From a virus (Duplodnaviria; Heunggongvirae; Uroviricota; Caudoviricetes): a DNA stretch of 29,430 nucleotides. The translations under genes were made by a program, and so were the position numbers. This document shows positions 1-7,666 of the stretch, in pieces. Where the stretch lies: IMG/VR virus record IMGVR_UViG_2778261668_000002; one strand, written 5' to 3'. The notes under the pieces are model-generated. The model saw only the letters and a program-made list of their open reading frames with translations. It searched no databases and was not told the origin of the DNA. How positions within the stretch are numbered: position 1 is the stretch's first letter; each line of letters opens with the position of its first letter.

Positions 1-981
1 TTATAACGTCACTCCGCCTTTTAGTGGATTCAGAGCGACGGCATTTTGCAGATAGTCAGGCGCAAGGTGCGCATAGGCCATCGTCTGCTGAATGCTCGCA
101 TGTCCCAGAATCTGTTGCAGTGCGATTATATTGCCCCCATTCATCATGAAATGGCTTGCGAATGTATGCCGCAGGATGTGGGTTGCCTGATTGGGTGGTA
201 TATCAGGTTTCACTCTGCGTAAAATCCCGCAAAATTTCTCATAATCAACTTTGAATAATTTGGCGCTGGCCTCCTCTTTAACTTTTTTCTCCAGTTCCTC
301 AGAAATCGGCACGGTTCGCTTTTTACCGTTTTTGGTTTTCAGGAAGGTAACCCTGCAATTTGTAATCTGTGCTGGTTTTAGCGTGGCAACTTCCGTCCAT
401 CTTCCTCCAGTGCTCAGACATAAAAGCGCGACAAGTAAGTCATCACCAGCCAAAACATTTAACAGTTTTTCGATTTCTGCTTTTTCCAGGAACGTCATTT
501 CAGGGTTGGCCTCCGCCAGTGGCGGCAGTCCGTGAATTGGGTGTTGCCCGGAAAATTCATCCAATTGAATTAATTTTGTGAACATGCCGGATAATCGGTA
601 CATGTCACGGTTTATCGTTGCGGCACTGATACCATCACGTAATCGCATGGAACGATAATCCATCAAAGCCCTTTTGCTCATCCTGCTCACTGGTATATCA
701 CCTATGCCGCTGATGGTTTTGAGTAGATGATTAAACTCTTTTGTTCCATGCTCGTGGTTTTGCCCGTGATATTTCCACCAGATGTCCAGCAACTCACTCA
801 AAGTCCGGCGGTCTGCTCGCTGGCCTCCCCATTCTTTCTGACTGGCATTGGCGATTGTGTATCGCTCAAATGCTAGTGCTTCAGCTTTTCTTTCGAATTT
901 CCTGCGGATGCGTTTTCCGTCGCGACCGCGAGGTCTAATGTCCACTTCATAGCGACCATCATCGAGCTTCTTAATTGCCAT
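1..981 (-). CDS. int: Tyrosine site-specific integrase (P2 Int family)
   Basis: Minus-strand ORF ending at position 1 with a C-terminal tyrosine-recombinase region (LRHTFASHFMMNGGNIIALQQILGH...MAYAH). Start placed at the ATG at 979-981 (MAIKKLDDGRYEV), which has a GGAGG Shine-Dalgarno 8 nt upstream; the track's longer ORF to 1011 has no ribosome-binding site. Confidence 0.9.
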   Translation of the reverse strand: MAIKKLDDGRYEVDIRPRGRDGKRIRRKFERKAEALAFERYTIANASQKEWGGQRADRRTLSELLDIWWKYHGQNHEHGTKEFNHLLKTISGIGDIPVSRMSKRALMDYRSMRLRDGISAATINRDMYRLSGMFTKLIQLDEFSGQHPIHGLPPLAEANPEMTFLEKAEIEKLLNVLAGDDLLVALLCLSTGGRWTEVATLKPAQITNCRVTFLKTKNGKKRTVPISEELEKKVKEEASAKLFKVDYEKFCGILRRVKPDIPPNQATHILRHTFASHFMMNGGNIIALQQILGHASIQQTMAYAHLAPDYLQNAVALNPLKGGVTL

Positions 982-1050
982 AAGAAAGCCCTCCGGCGCT
1001 GTATTCACCATCTTGGTAGCAAATGGTGAAAATGTAATCTTTATATAGAG

Positions 1051-1344
1051 TTAGCCAATCCTTTTCGCGGAGTGGTTGGACTCTGTTGACTCTGGCCCAA
1101 TGTGCGCGAGAGCCGGTGCGATTTGTCCTGCGTCCGGCGCGGTTTTATCTGTCATAAGCCATAGAGCATATTTTTGGAATGTGGGATGCATAGTGATTTT
1201 TAGCAAAGCTGTGCCACCGGGTTCAAAGTTTCCTCCTTCATATTTTTTAAGTGTGCTTAGCGGTAACTCTATGATTTCACAGAATTTTGATTGGCTTAGC
1301 CCTTCAGCCTCACGCAAGGCCTTAATCTTTTCGCTTAATTTCAT
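1051..1344 (-). CDS. C: Immunity repressor, P2 C-like HTH protein
   Basis: 97-aa minus-strand ORF divergent from cox, with an N-terminal helix-turn-helix (LSQSKFCEIIELPLSTLKKYEGG) and the P2 C-like motif QIAPALAHIGPE; it sits between int and cox. Confidence 0.8.
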   Translation of the reverse strand: MKLSEKIKALREAEGLSQSKFCEIIELPLSTLKKYEGGNFEPGGTALLKITMHPTFQKYALWLMTDKTAPDAGQIAPALAHIGPESTESNHSAKRIG

Positions 1345-1465
1345 TTGACATGGTGCCTATATAGGGACTAAATTCCCTCAAAACTGGAACCTATATAGGT
1401 TCCATTGATTTGAGAATAAACCAGCGTCTAAACGGTTTTGAGTGGTTTAGAAAGGGCTGGATCCT
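1345..1465. promoter_or_regulatory. Immunity switch region: candidate early promoter Pe, repressor promoter Pc and operator palindromes
   Basis: Perfect TTGACA at 1345-1350 on the + strand followed by an A/T-rich -10 candidate (TAAATT, 1369-1374); two copies of CCTATATAGG (1356-1365 and 1390-1399), the second inside the perfect 18-bp palindrome GGAACCTATATAGGTTCC (1386-1403); lies between the divergent C and cox genes. Confidence 0.5.
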
Positions 1466-1753
1466 ATGAGGGTACCATATATGGACGCTGAAAATTATGT
1501 GATTCAGTATCCGCTTGATGCGGTTCATGTGGATAAATTTGCTGATTTATTAGGGAAGCCAAAGACAGCCGTCAGTGAAATGGTGAAGGCAAATAAATTA
1601 CCAATTATTGAATTGCGTGATCCTTGCAAACCGAAGGCTCGTGCCGGTGAAAAATGGGTTTTCATTCCTGAGTTTAATCGCGCTGTACGTGAGGCGTTTT
1701 ATAACCGACCGGTTGAACAGCGTGATGCATGGCTTTTGTGGATGGGGTTGTGA
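1466..1753 (+). CDS. cox: Cox-like excisionase and transcriptional regulator
   Basis: 95-aa ORF, first rightward gene after the switch; C-terminal ...RAGEKWVFIPEFN...RDAWLLWMGL resembles the P2 Cox family. An alternative start at 1481 is possible. Confidence 0.7.
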   Translation: MRVPYMDAENYVIQYPLDAVHVDKFADLLGKPKTAVSEMVKANKLPIIELRDPCKPKARAGEKWVFIPEFNRAVREAFYNRPVEQRDAWLLWMGL

Positions 1754-1926
1754 TTATGAATGAGCCGCGTTGTATTGCTCAGTTACTGCGTAACGAAAGC
1801 CCCAGGGCGATTGACTTCACCATCACCCACGGGAAGGGTCGCAAGGGAATCATTATCCGCACCAAAAAACAGAGTCCGTTAAAAAAGGCTCTGACCTTTC
1901 TGAAAAGCCGGAGGGTCTGGAAATGA
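1729..1926 (+). CDS. Small basic early protein of unknown function (position of P2 orf78)
   Basis: ORF between cox and B; start uncertain (ATG at 1729 or 1756); K/R-rich. Confidence 0.35.
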   Translation: MAFVDGVVIMNEPRCIAQLLRNESPRAIDFTITHGKGRKGIIIRTKKQSPLKKALTFLKSRRVWK

Positions 1927-2423
1927 CAGTGATGACGCTCAATCTCGTCGAAAAACAGCCAGCAACTATGCGCCGGATAATTGGTAAGCATCTGGCCGTC
2001 CCTCGCTGGCAGGATACATGTGATTATTATAATCAGATGATGGAGCGCGAACGGTTAACGGTTTGCTTTCATGCGCAGTTAAAACAGCGTCACGCAACGA
2101 TGCGTTTTGAAGAAATGAACGACGTCGAACGTGAACGGCTGGTTTGTGCAATTGATGAATTGCGTGGGGCATTCTCAAAACGCCGTCAGGTTGGCGCAAG
2201 TGAGTATGCATATATTAGTTTTTTAACAGTCAGTCAGCGTCGTACTTTATTTATGCATGCCGGATTGACTGAAAAAGAATTCAACCAGCCATACTGGCGA
2301 ATTAATGAAGAGTCATGTTACTGGCGTGATGCTTTATTCCGTGCATTACGTGAATTATTCAGTCTGTTTGAGTATGCACCGACAATTCTGACGTCGGTAA
2401 AACCAGAGCAATATCTGCATTAA
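1923..2423 (+). CDS. B: Replication protein B (helicase-loader-like)
   Basis: 166-aa ORF with GGAGGG ribosome-binding site upstream of the ATG at 1923; position and length match P2 gpB. Confidence 0.8.
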   Translation: MTVMTLNLVEKQPATMRRIIGKHLAVPRWQDTCDYYNQMMERERLTVCFHAQLKQRHATMRFEEMNDVERERLVCAIDELRGAFSKRRQVGASEYAYISFLTVSQRRTLFMHAGLTEKEFNQPYWRINEESCYWRDALFRALRELFSLFEYAPTILTSVKPEQYLH

Positions 2424-2486
2424 GTAATTAACCCGAGTTTTTAACGCACTTAATCGTGCGGGGCTTCTTTTTGCCTGGAGAAAGTC

Positions 2487-2711
2487 ATGCATACAGTTTC
2501 TGAAAATCAGTGCGGTAAATACGCATTACTGCTGCAACAGGCCAGAACCGAAGCACAGGCCGACGCTGCGACGCGCTTTTCTTCTCGTCTTGACGCCATG
2601 ATTCGCCATATCACAAAGGCGGAGTTATCCCGCGTGGAGATAGTCGAGCTGCTCAGTCAGGAGTCGGAAAAATTTCACAATATCGGATTGTCTCGCGGGG
2701 AGGTGCTTTGA
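2487..2711 (+). CDS. Early protein of unknown function (position of P2 orf80)
   Basis: 74-aa ORF with GGAG ribosome-binding site; its stop overlaps the next start (TGATG). Confidence 0.55.
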   Translation: MHTVSENQCGKYALLLQQARTEAQADAATRFSSRLDAMIRHITKAELSRVEIVELLSQESEKFHNIGLSRGEVL

Positions 2712-3010
2712 TGTCCTGTTCTCATTCAGTTGTATTACTGAATAACGCCTTAAAAATCGCCGTTATGGAAAATGGTGATTTGTCTCTTATTCAACTTTGT
2801 CTTGATAAAGAAAAACGCGACATAACTGAATCTGTTATCGCGATTTATCAGAATGAATTAAACCTCCTGTCTGATGTGGTCAATTTACTTGTTAAACGCG
2901 CTGTATTCCACAAGCAAATTTCCTCAGTGGATGAACTGACAAAATTAACGACAGAACTTGCCAGTTATTGCGCTGATGTATCCAGGAAACTTAACGATAA
3001 AAGGAGCTGA
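2711..3010 (+). CDS. Early protein of unknown function (position of P2 orf81)
   Basis: ORF translationally coupled to the upstream gene; the track's ORF begins at a TTG at 2708, the ATG is at 2711. Confidence 0.55.
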   Translation: MSCSHSVVLLNNALKIAVMENGDLSLIQLCLDKEKRDITESVIAIYQNELNLLSDVVNLLVKRAVFHKQISSVDELTKLTTELASYCADVSRKLNDKRS

Positions 3011-3012
3011 TA

Positions 3013-3237
3013 ATGCCGGACAACGTAGATTTTATTCAGGAACAACAGGCTGAATTACTGGAGCGCCAGATTAACGCGGCAAGGGTAAAACATTGCGGTG
3101 TTTCTTCGCTGGTTTGCGAAGAGTGTGACGCGCCAATACCTGCTGCCCGTCGTGCGGCTTATCCGTCAGCCACGCGTTGTGTTTCCTGTCAGTCAGTCTT
3201 TGAAGCAAAAAACAAACATTACCGGAGAACGGCATGA
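3013..3237 (+). CDS. TraR/DksA-family C4 zinc-finger protein (position of P2 orf82)
   Basis: 74-aa ORF with CEECDAPIP...CVSCQ (CxxC-N17-CxxC) and an AAGGAG ribosome-binding site. Confidence 0.7.
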   Translation: MPDNVDFIQEQQAELLERQINAARVKHCGVSSLVCEECDAPIPAARRAAYPSATRCVSCQSVFEAKNKHYRRTA

Positions 3238-3509
3238 GTATTCGTATTGAAATTGGCGAACGTTATGTCGTTACCAGTGACAGCTTTCAGTTTATTCTCC
3301 ACGAGAAAAAGAGAGCGGAAAGCGGTAAAAACGCCGGTCAGGAATGGCTGGCAGTGGTTGGTTATTACCCGAAATTAAGCCAGCTCGTTTCCGGCCTGAT
3401 GCATCACGATATTCTGACCGGAAGCGCAAAGTCTTTTGCTGATTTAAACGCGCAGGTTGAGCAACTCAGCAGGCGTTGTTCAGAGGCTTTTGGCTCATAT
3501 GGCCGTTAA
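3234..3509 (+). CDS. Early protein of unknown function (position of P2 orf83)
   Basis: 91-aa ORF with GGAG ribosome-binding site; overlaps the A start by 11 nt. Confidence 0.55.
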   Translation: MSIRIEIGERYVVTSDSFQFILHEKKRAESGKNAGQEWLAVVGYYPKLSQLVSGLMHHDILTGSAKSFADLNAQVEQLSRRCSEAFGSYGR

Positions 3510-5784
3510 AGCCTCCGGGCGTTTTGTCCCTCCGTCAGCATTTGCCGCAGGCACCGGTAAGGCGTTTACCGGTGCTTATGCATGGAACGCGCCACGCGAG
3601 GCCGTCGGGCGGGAAAGACCCCTTACACGTGACGAGATGCGTCAGGTGCAAGGTGTTTTATCCACGATTAACCGCCTGCCTTACTTTTTGCGCTCGCTGT
3701 TTACTTCACGCTATGACTACATCCGGCGCAATAAAAGCCCGGTGCACGGGTTTTATTTCCTCACATCCACTTTTCAGCGTCGTTTATGGCCGCGCATTGA
3801 GCGTGTGAATCAGCGCCATGAAATGAACACCGACGCGTCGTTGCTGTTTCTGGCAGAGCGCGACCAGTATGCGCGCCTGCCGGGGATGAATGACAAGGAG
3901 CTGAAAAAGTTTGCCGCCCGAATCTCATCGCAGCTTTTCATGATGTATGAGGAACTCTGCGATGCCTGGGTGGATGCGCATGGCGAAAAAGAATCGCTGT
4001 TTACGGATGAGGCGCAGGCTCACCTGTATGGTCATGTTGCTGGCGCTGCACGTGCTTTCAATATTTCCCCGCTTTACTGGAGAAAATACCGTAAAGGGCA
4101 GATGACCACGAGGCAGGCATATTCTGCCATTGCTCGCCTGTTTAACGATGAGTGGTGGATTAGTCAGCTTAAAGGCCAGCGTATGCGCTGGCATGAGGCG
4201 TTACTGATTGCTGTCGGGGAGGTCAATAAAGACCGTTCACCTTATGCCAGTAAACATGCCATTCGTGATGTGCGTGCGCGCCGCCAGGCAAATCTGGAAT
4301 TTCTTAAATCGTGTGACCTTGAAAACAGGGAAACCGGCGAGCGCATCGACCTTATCAGTAAGGTGATGGGCAGTATTTCTAATCCTGAAATTCGCCGGAT
4401 GGAGCTGATGAACACCATTGCCGGTATTGAGCGTTACGCCGCCTCAGAGGGTGATGTGGGGATGTTTATCACGCTTACCGCGCCGTCAAAGTATCACCCG
4501 ACACGTCAGGTTGGAAAAGGCGAAAATAAAACCGTCCAGCTTAATCACGGCTGGAATGATGAGGCATTTAATCCAAAGGATGCGCAGCGTTATCTCTGCC
4601 GTATCTGGAGCCTGATGCGCACGGCATTCAAGGATAATGATTTACAGGTCTACGGTTTGCGAGTCGTCGAGCCACACCACGACGGAACGCCGCACTGGCA
4701 TATGATGCTTTTTTGTAATCCACGCCAGCGTAACCAGATTATCGAAATCATGCGTCGCTATGCGCTCAAAGAGGATGGCGACGAAAGAGGAGCCGCGCGA
4801 AACCGTTTTCAGGCAAAACACCTTAACCGGGGCGGTGCTGCGGGATATATCGCGAAATACATTTCAAAAAATATCGACGGCTATGCACTGGATGGTCAGC
4901 TCGATAACGATACCGGCAGGCCGCTGAAAGACACTGCCGCGGCTGTTACCGCATGGGCGTCAACGTGGCGCATTCCGCAATTTAAAACGGTTGGCCTGCC
5001 GACAATGGGGGCTTACCGTGAACTACGCAAATTGCCTCGCGGCGTCAGCATTGCTGATGAGTTTGACGAGCGCGTCGAGGCTGCACGCGCCGCCGCAGAC
5101 AGTGGCGATTTTGCGTTGTATATCAGCGCGCAGGGTGGGGCAAATGTCCCGCGCGATTGTCAGACTGTCAGGGTCGCCCGTAGCCCGTCGGATGACGTTA
5201 ACGAGTACGAGGAAGAAGTCGAGAGAGTGGTCGGCATTTACGCGCCGCATCTCGGCGCGCGTCATATTCATATCACCAGAACGACGGACTGGCGCATTGT
5301 GCCGAAAGTTCCGGTCGTTGAGCCTTTGACTTTAAAAAGCGGCATCGCCGCGCCTCGGAGTCCTGTCAATAACTGTGGAAAGCTCACTGGTGGTGATACT
5401 TCGTTACCGGCTCCCACACCTTCTGAGCACGCCGCCGCAGTGCTTAATCTGGTTGATGACGGTGTTATCGAATGGAATGACCCGGAGGTCGTGAGGGCGC
5501 TCAGGGGCGCATTAAAACACGACCTGAGAACACCAAACCGTCAGCAAAGAAGCGGAAGCCCGTTAAAAGCGCATGAAATAGCGCCATCGGCCAGACTGAC
5601 CCGGTCGGAACGAATGCAAATTACCCGTATCCGCGTTGACCTTGCTCAGAACGGTATCAGGCCGCAGCGATGGGAGCTTGAGGCGCTGGTGCGTGGCGCG
5701 ACCGTAAATTATGACGGGAAAAAATTCACGTATCCGGTCGCTGATGAGTGGCCGGGATTCTCAACAGTAATGGAGTGGACATGA
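3499..5784 (+). CDS. A: Rolling-circle replication initiator endonuclease (P2 gpA family)
   Basis: 761-aa product from the ATG at 3499 (MAVKASGRF...; the track's ORF starts at an upstream TTG). Contains a metal-binding HxH motif (EPHHDGTPHWHMMLF) and a catalytic-tyrosine motif (GYIAKYISKNIDGY) typical of rolling-circle Rep proteins. Confidence 0.9.
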   Translation: MAVKASGRFVPPSAFAAGTGKAFTGAYAWNAPREAVGRERPLTRDEMRQVQGVLSTINRLPYFLRSLFTSRYDYIRRNKSPVHGFYFLTSTFQRRLWPRIERVNQRHEMNTDASLLFLAERDQYARLPGMNDKELKKFAARISSQLFMMYEELCDAWVDAHGEKESLFTDEAQAHLYGHVAGAARAFNISPLYWRKYRKGQMTTRQAYSAIARLFNDEWWISQLKGQRMRWHEALLIAVGEVNKDRSPYASKHAIRDVRARRQANLEFLKSCDLENRETGERIDLISKVMGSISNPEIRRMELMNTIAGIERYAASEGDVGMFITLTAPSKYHPTRQVGKGENKTVQLNHGWNDEAFNPKDAQRYLCRIWSLMRTAFKDNDLQVYGLRVVEPHHDGTPHWHMMLFCNPRQRNQIIEIMRRYALKEDGDERGAARNRFQAKHLNRGGAAGYIAKYISKNIDGYALDGQLDNDTGRPLKDTAAAVTAWASTWRIPQFKTVGLPTMGAYRELRKLPRGVSIADEFDERVEAARAAADSGDFALYISAQGGANVPRDCQTVRVARSPSDDVNEYEEEVERVVGIYAPHLGARHIHITRTTDWRIVPKVPVVEPLTLKSGIAAPRSPVNNCGKLTGGDTSLPAPTPSEHAAAVLNLVDDGVIEWNDPEVVRALRGALKHDLRTPNRQQRSGSPLKAHEIAPSARLTRSERMQITRIRVDLAQNGIRPQRWELEALVRGATVNYDGKKFTYPVADEWPGFSTVMEWT

Positions 5785-6236
5785 TGGCAAAAATTCACGA
5801 GGTAAAGCTGCACGCAAAATATTTTGACCTTGTGCTGGAAGGAAAGAAACGCGCAGAGTTTCGGAAAAATGACCGTAATTATGAGCGCGGGGACACGTTG
5901 ATTTTGCATGAATGGGCGCAGGGTGTGTATACGGGGCGAAAGGTTGAAGCCCGGATAACAGATGTTACTGACCTGTCAGACTGGCTGGAAGATTATGTCT
6001 TGCTAAGTATTGAGCTGCTTAATACAGGCGCATATGAGATTGTGAACTGGAAAGAACTTAGTGAGCGTGGTCTGGTATTCAGAATTAATCATGAAATTAT
6101 GCATCAGCTCGGCCTTGCTGTTATGTATGCACCAGAGACGGGGATGTCTGGCGGGGCAATGGTTGCCACGGATGGAGCATGGAACTATTCAGATGAACAG
6201 ATTGAGCGTGCAAAGCAAAACGGGTGGCTTGGATAA
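5781..6236 (+). CDS. ASCH/PUA-like (DUF3850-type) protein with a C-terminal extension containing an HExxH motif
   Basis: Start ATG overlaps the A stop (ATGA at 5781-5784). N-terminal EVKLHAKYFDLVLEGKKRAEFRKNDRNYERGDTLILHEW resembles ASCH-like domains; the C-terminal part contains NHEIMH. Confidence 0.55.
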   Translation: MMAKIHEVKLHAKYFDLVLEGKKRAEFRKNDRNYERGDTLILHEWAQGVYTGRKVEARITDVTDLSDWLEDYVLLSIELLNTGAYEIVNWKELSERGLVFRINHEIMHQLGLAVMYAPETGMSGGAMVATDGAWNYSDEQIERAKQNGWLG

Positions 6237-6442
6237 TGCACAGAATACCGGGCGAGATACCGCAACATAACACTAAAAATATCAAGCTGATGGCTATTGT
6301 TCACCGTCTACAGCAGATTATGGTCAACGAAAATCTGACGCCTGACGAGCTGGTCGGGTGTGCCGAAATAGTCCGGGATAATTACGGGCGGCTTAATTAT
6401 ATCCGTCAGTCCAGAGTTGCTCCACCGCCACGCAGACTATAG
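6236..6442 (+). CDS. Small hypothetical protein, translationally coupled to the ASCH-like gene
   Basis: TAATG overlap at 6234-6238; 68 aa; no recognisable motif. The track shows it from a GTG at 6224. Confidence 0.4.
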   Translation: MHRIPGEIPQHNTKNIKLMAIVHRLQQIMVNENLTPDELVGCAEIVRDNYGRLNYIRQSRVAPPPRRL

Positions 6443-6616
6443 AAAACGCCGTCAGTCTTGAAACTTGTTTTCAGGGCTGGCGGGGTTGAACAACGAGCAT
6501 CGCGAGGCGTTAGTGGTATTGGAACCAATGAGAAAACAAAAAACTCAACGCCTCCCCTCATGTTTGATGGTATGGTCTTGTTTTTAGGTAATGAAGCTTT
6601 ATTCGGGTGACGTGTC

Positions 6617-6622
6617 TAATAT
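6617..6622 (+). promoter_or_regulatory. Candidate -10 element (TAATAT) for the cargo gene
   Basis: TAATAT lies 36 nt upstream of the 6658 ATG in the AT-rich leader; no convincing -35 hexamer, so this is weak. Confidence 0.3.
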
Positions 6623-6657
6623 AGCTTTCTGCATGACGTTAGAATGATGATGAGATC

Positions 6658-7260
6658 ATGTTATTAATGAATGAGAAAAAAAGACAAAAATATCTAAAGA
6701 TAATGTTTGAATGTCAAAAGCGACTTGAAACACTTCATGCTTTATCATCTGGAAGGATTGATGGCATTTATTTTCAAGTGTTAATTGAAATGGAGGCGTT
6801 GCAGCTTAGGAAGCTACTAGAGCTCATTGCATTTTCATCTCTAATTTCACATGAAAAAGCATACGAGAAGGTTACAAAGAAGATTGATGGTGTATGGAAG
6901 GCGAAGAATATATTTAAAGAGTTGGAAAAGATAAACCCTAACTTTTATCCAGTACCAATATCAGGAGTAACCAAAACGGGCTGGACGAAACTAACGGGAG
7001 GTTTTTTGACGAAAAAACAGTTTATCAAGCTATATGATGAATGCTCAAAACATATTCACGTAAGGAACCCATATCGGGTTAGGGAAAACTCGCTGGGGTT
7101 TCATAAAAAAGTTCCAGAGTATTTATCAAGAATTGAAACTCTACTGTTAAAGCACATTGTTTCTCTTGCCGGGAATGAAGAACTTCTTCTTGTAGATGTG
7201 CCTCATTATGAAGACTCTGTAACAGCTATAAAAATGAGCCACCTCGTTAAAATGGGGTGA
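6658..7260 (+). CDS. Orphan AT-rich cargo gene in the P2 tin/old-equivalent slot; candidate single-gene anti-phage defence or abortive-infection protein
   Basis: 200-aa ORF (start 6658 or 6667) in an island of about 30-35% G+C by hand count; K/E-rich, no transmembrane segment; preceded by a 215-bp non-coding AT-rich leader and followed by a hairpin terminator; sits between replication gene A and cos. Confidence 0.65.
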   Translation: MLLMNEKKRQKYLKIMFECQKRLETLHALSSGRIDGIYFQVLIEMEALQLRKLLELIAFSSLISHEKAYEKVTKKIDGVWKAKNIFKELEKINPNFYPVPISGVTKTGWTKLTGGFLTKKQFIKLYDECSKHIHVRNPYRVRENSLGFHKKVPEYLSRIETLLLKHIVSLAGNEELLLVDVPHYEDSVTAIKMSHLVKMG

Positions 7261-7295
7261 AAAATAAGCAATAAATAGTCGATTCTAGTGAACGG

Positions 7296-7320
7296 TCGGC
7301 TATTTTTAGCCGGATTTTTA
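7296..7320 (+). terminator. Rho-independent terminator after the cargo gene
   Basis: Stem CGGCT (7297-7301) / AGCCG (7308-7312) with a T-rich loop, followed by GATTTTTA. Confidence 0.5.
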
Positions 7321-7478
7321 TACTGTTTCCCCTTAATTACAGTCGTTTCTATTCATGCATGTGCTATTGCATCGAATTGCATGCGTTTTCATCCCCTGTT
7401 GCTTATGAGCGTTGTCAGTGCTGGCGCATTCTCGGTATGTTCATGCAACTGCATCAAAATCGCCCCATGAAGCGGGCG

Positions 7479-7497
7479 GGCGAGGCGGGGAAAGCAC
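7479..7497. other. cos cohesive-end site of P2-type phages
   Basis: GGCGAGGCGGGGAAAGCAC matches my recollection of the 19-nt P2 cohesive end; it lies where cos is expected, between the cargo locus and portal gene Q. Confidence 0.55.
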
Positions 7498-7639
7498 TGC
7501 GCGCTGGCGGTGGTGCTGATTTTATTTTTTCGGCGTCTCAGCGCGTCGTGATGGCGTTTAGATTGTGTGCCGGGGCGTCGGTGTGTCTGCGGGCTGTTTT
7601 GCGTGGAGGTGAGCGTGTGAGGGCGTGATGACGGGGTGT

Positions 7640-7661
7640 AAAAAAGCCGCCCGCAGGCGGC
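7640..7661 (-). terminator. Rho-independent terminator of the P-Q operon
   Basis: On the minus strand GCCGCC-(4 nt loop)-GGCGGC followed by TTTTTT, immediately downstream of the Q stop at 7667. Confidence 0.6.
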
Positions 7662-7666
7662 GATGT

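Noticed and set aside
3457-3498. N-terminal extensions in the ORF track (A from 3457, P to 10503, O from 10581, L from 13414, ogr from 29149, int to 1011)
   Set aside because: These track ORFs begin at GTG/TTG or unsupported ATG codons upstream of ATG codons that have good ribosome-binding sites and give the canonical P2-family N-termini; the shorter starts were used.
5781-7470. Presence of P2 tin or old homologues in the cargo slot
   Set aside because: Old is a protein of roughly 580 aa (ATPase/nuclease) and Tin is about 250 aa; nothing of that size or composition is present. The slot holds only the 200-aa orphan gene, so this is a different cargo.
7288-7628. Small + strand ORFs spanning the cos region
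   Set aside because: They overlap the terminator hairpin and the cos site, are Cys/Ala/Arg-rich with no ribosome-binding site, and the region is the non-coding packaging site.
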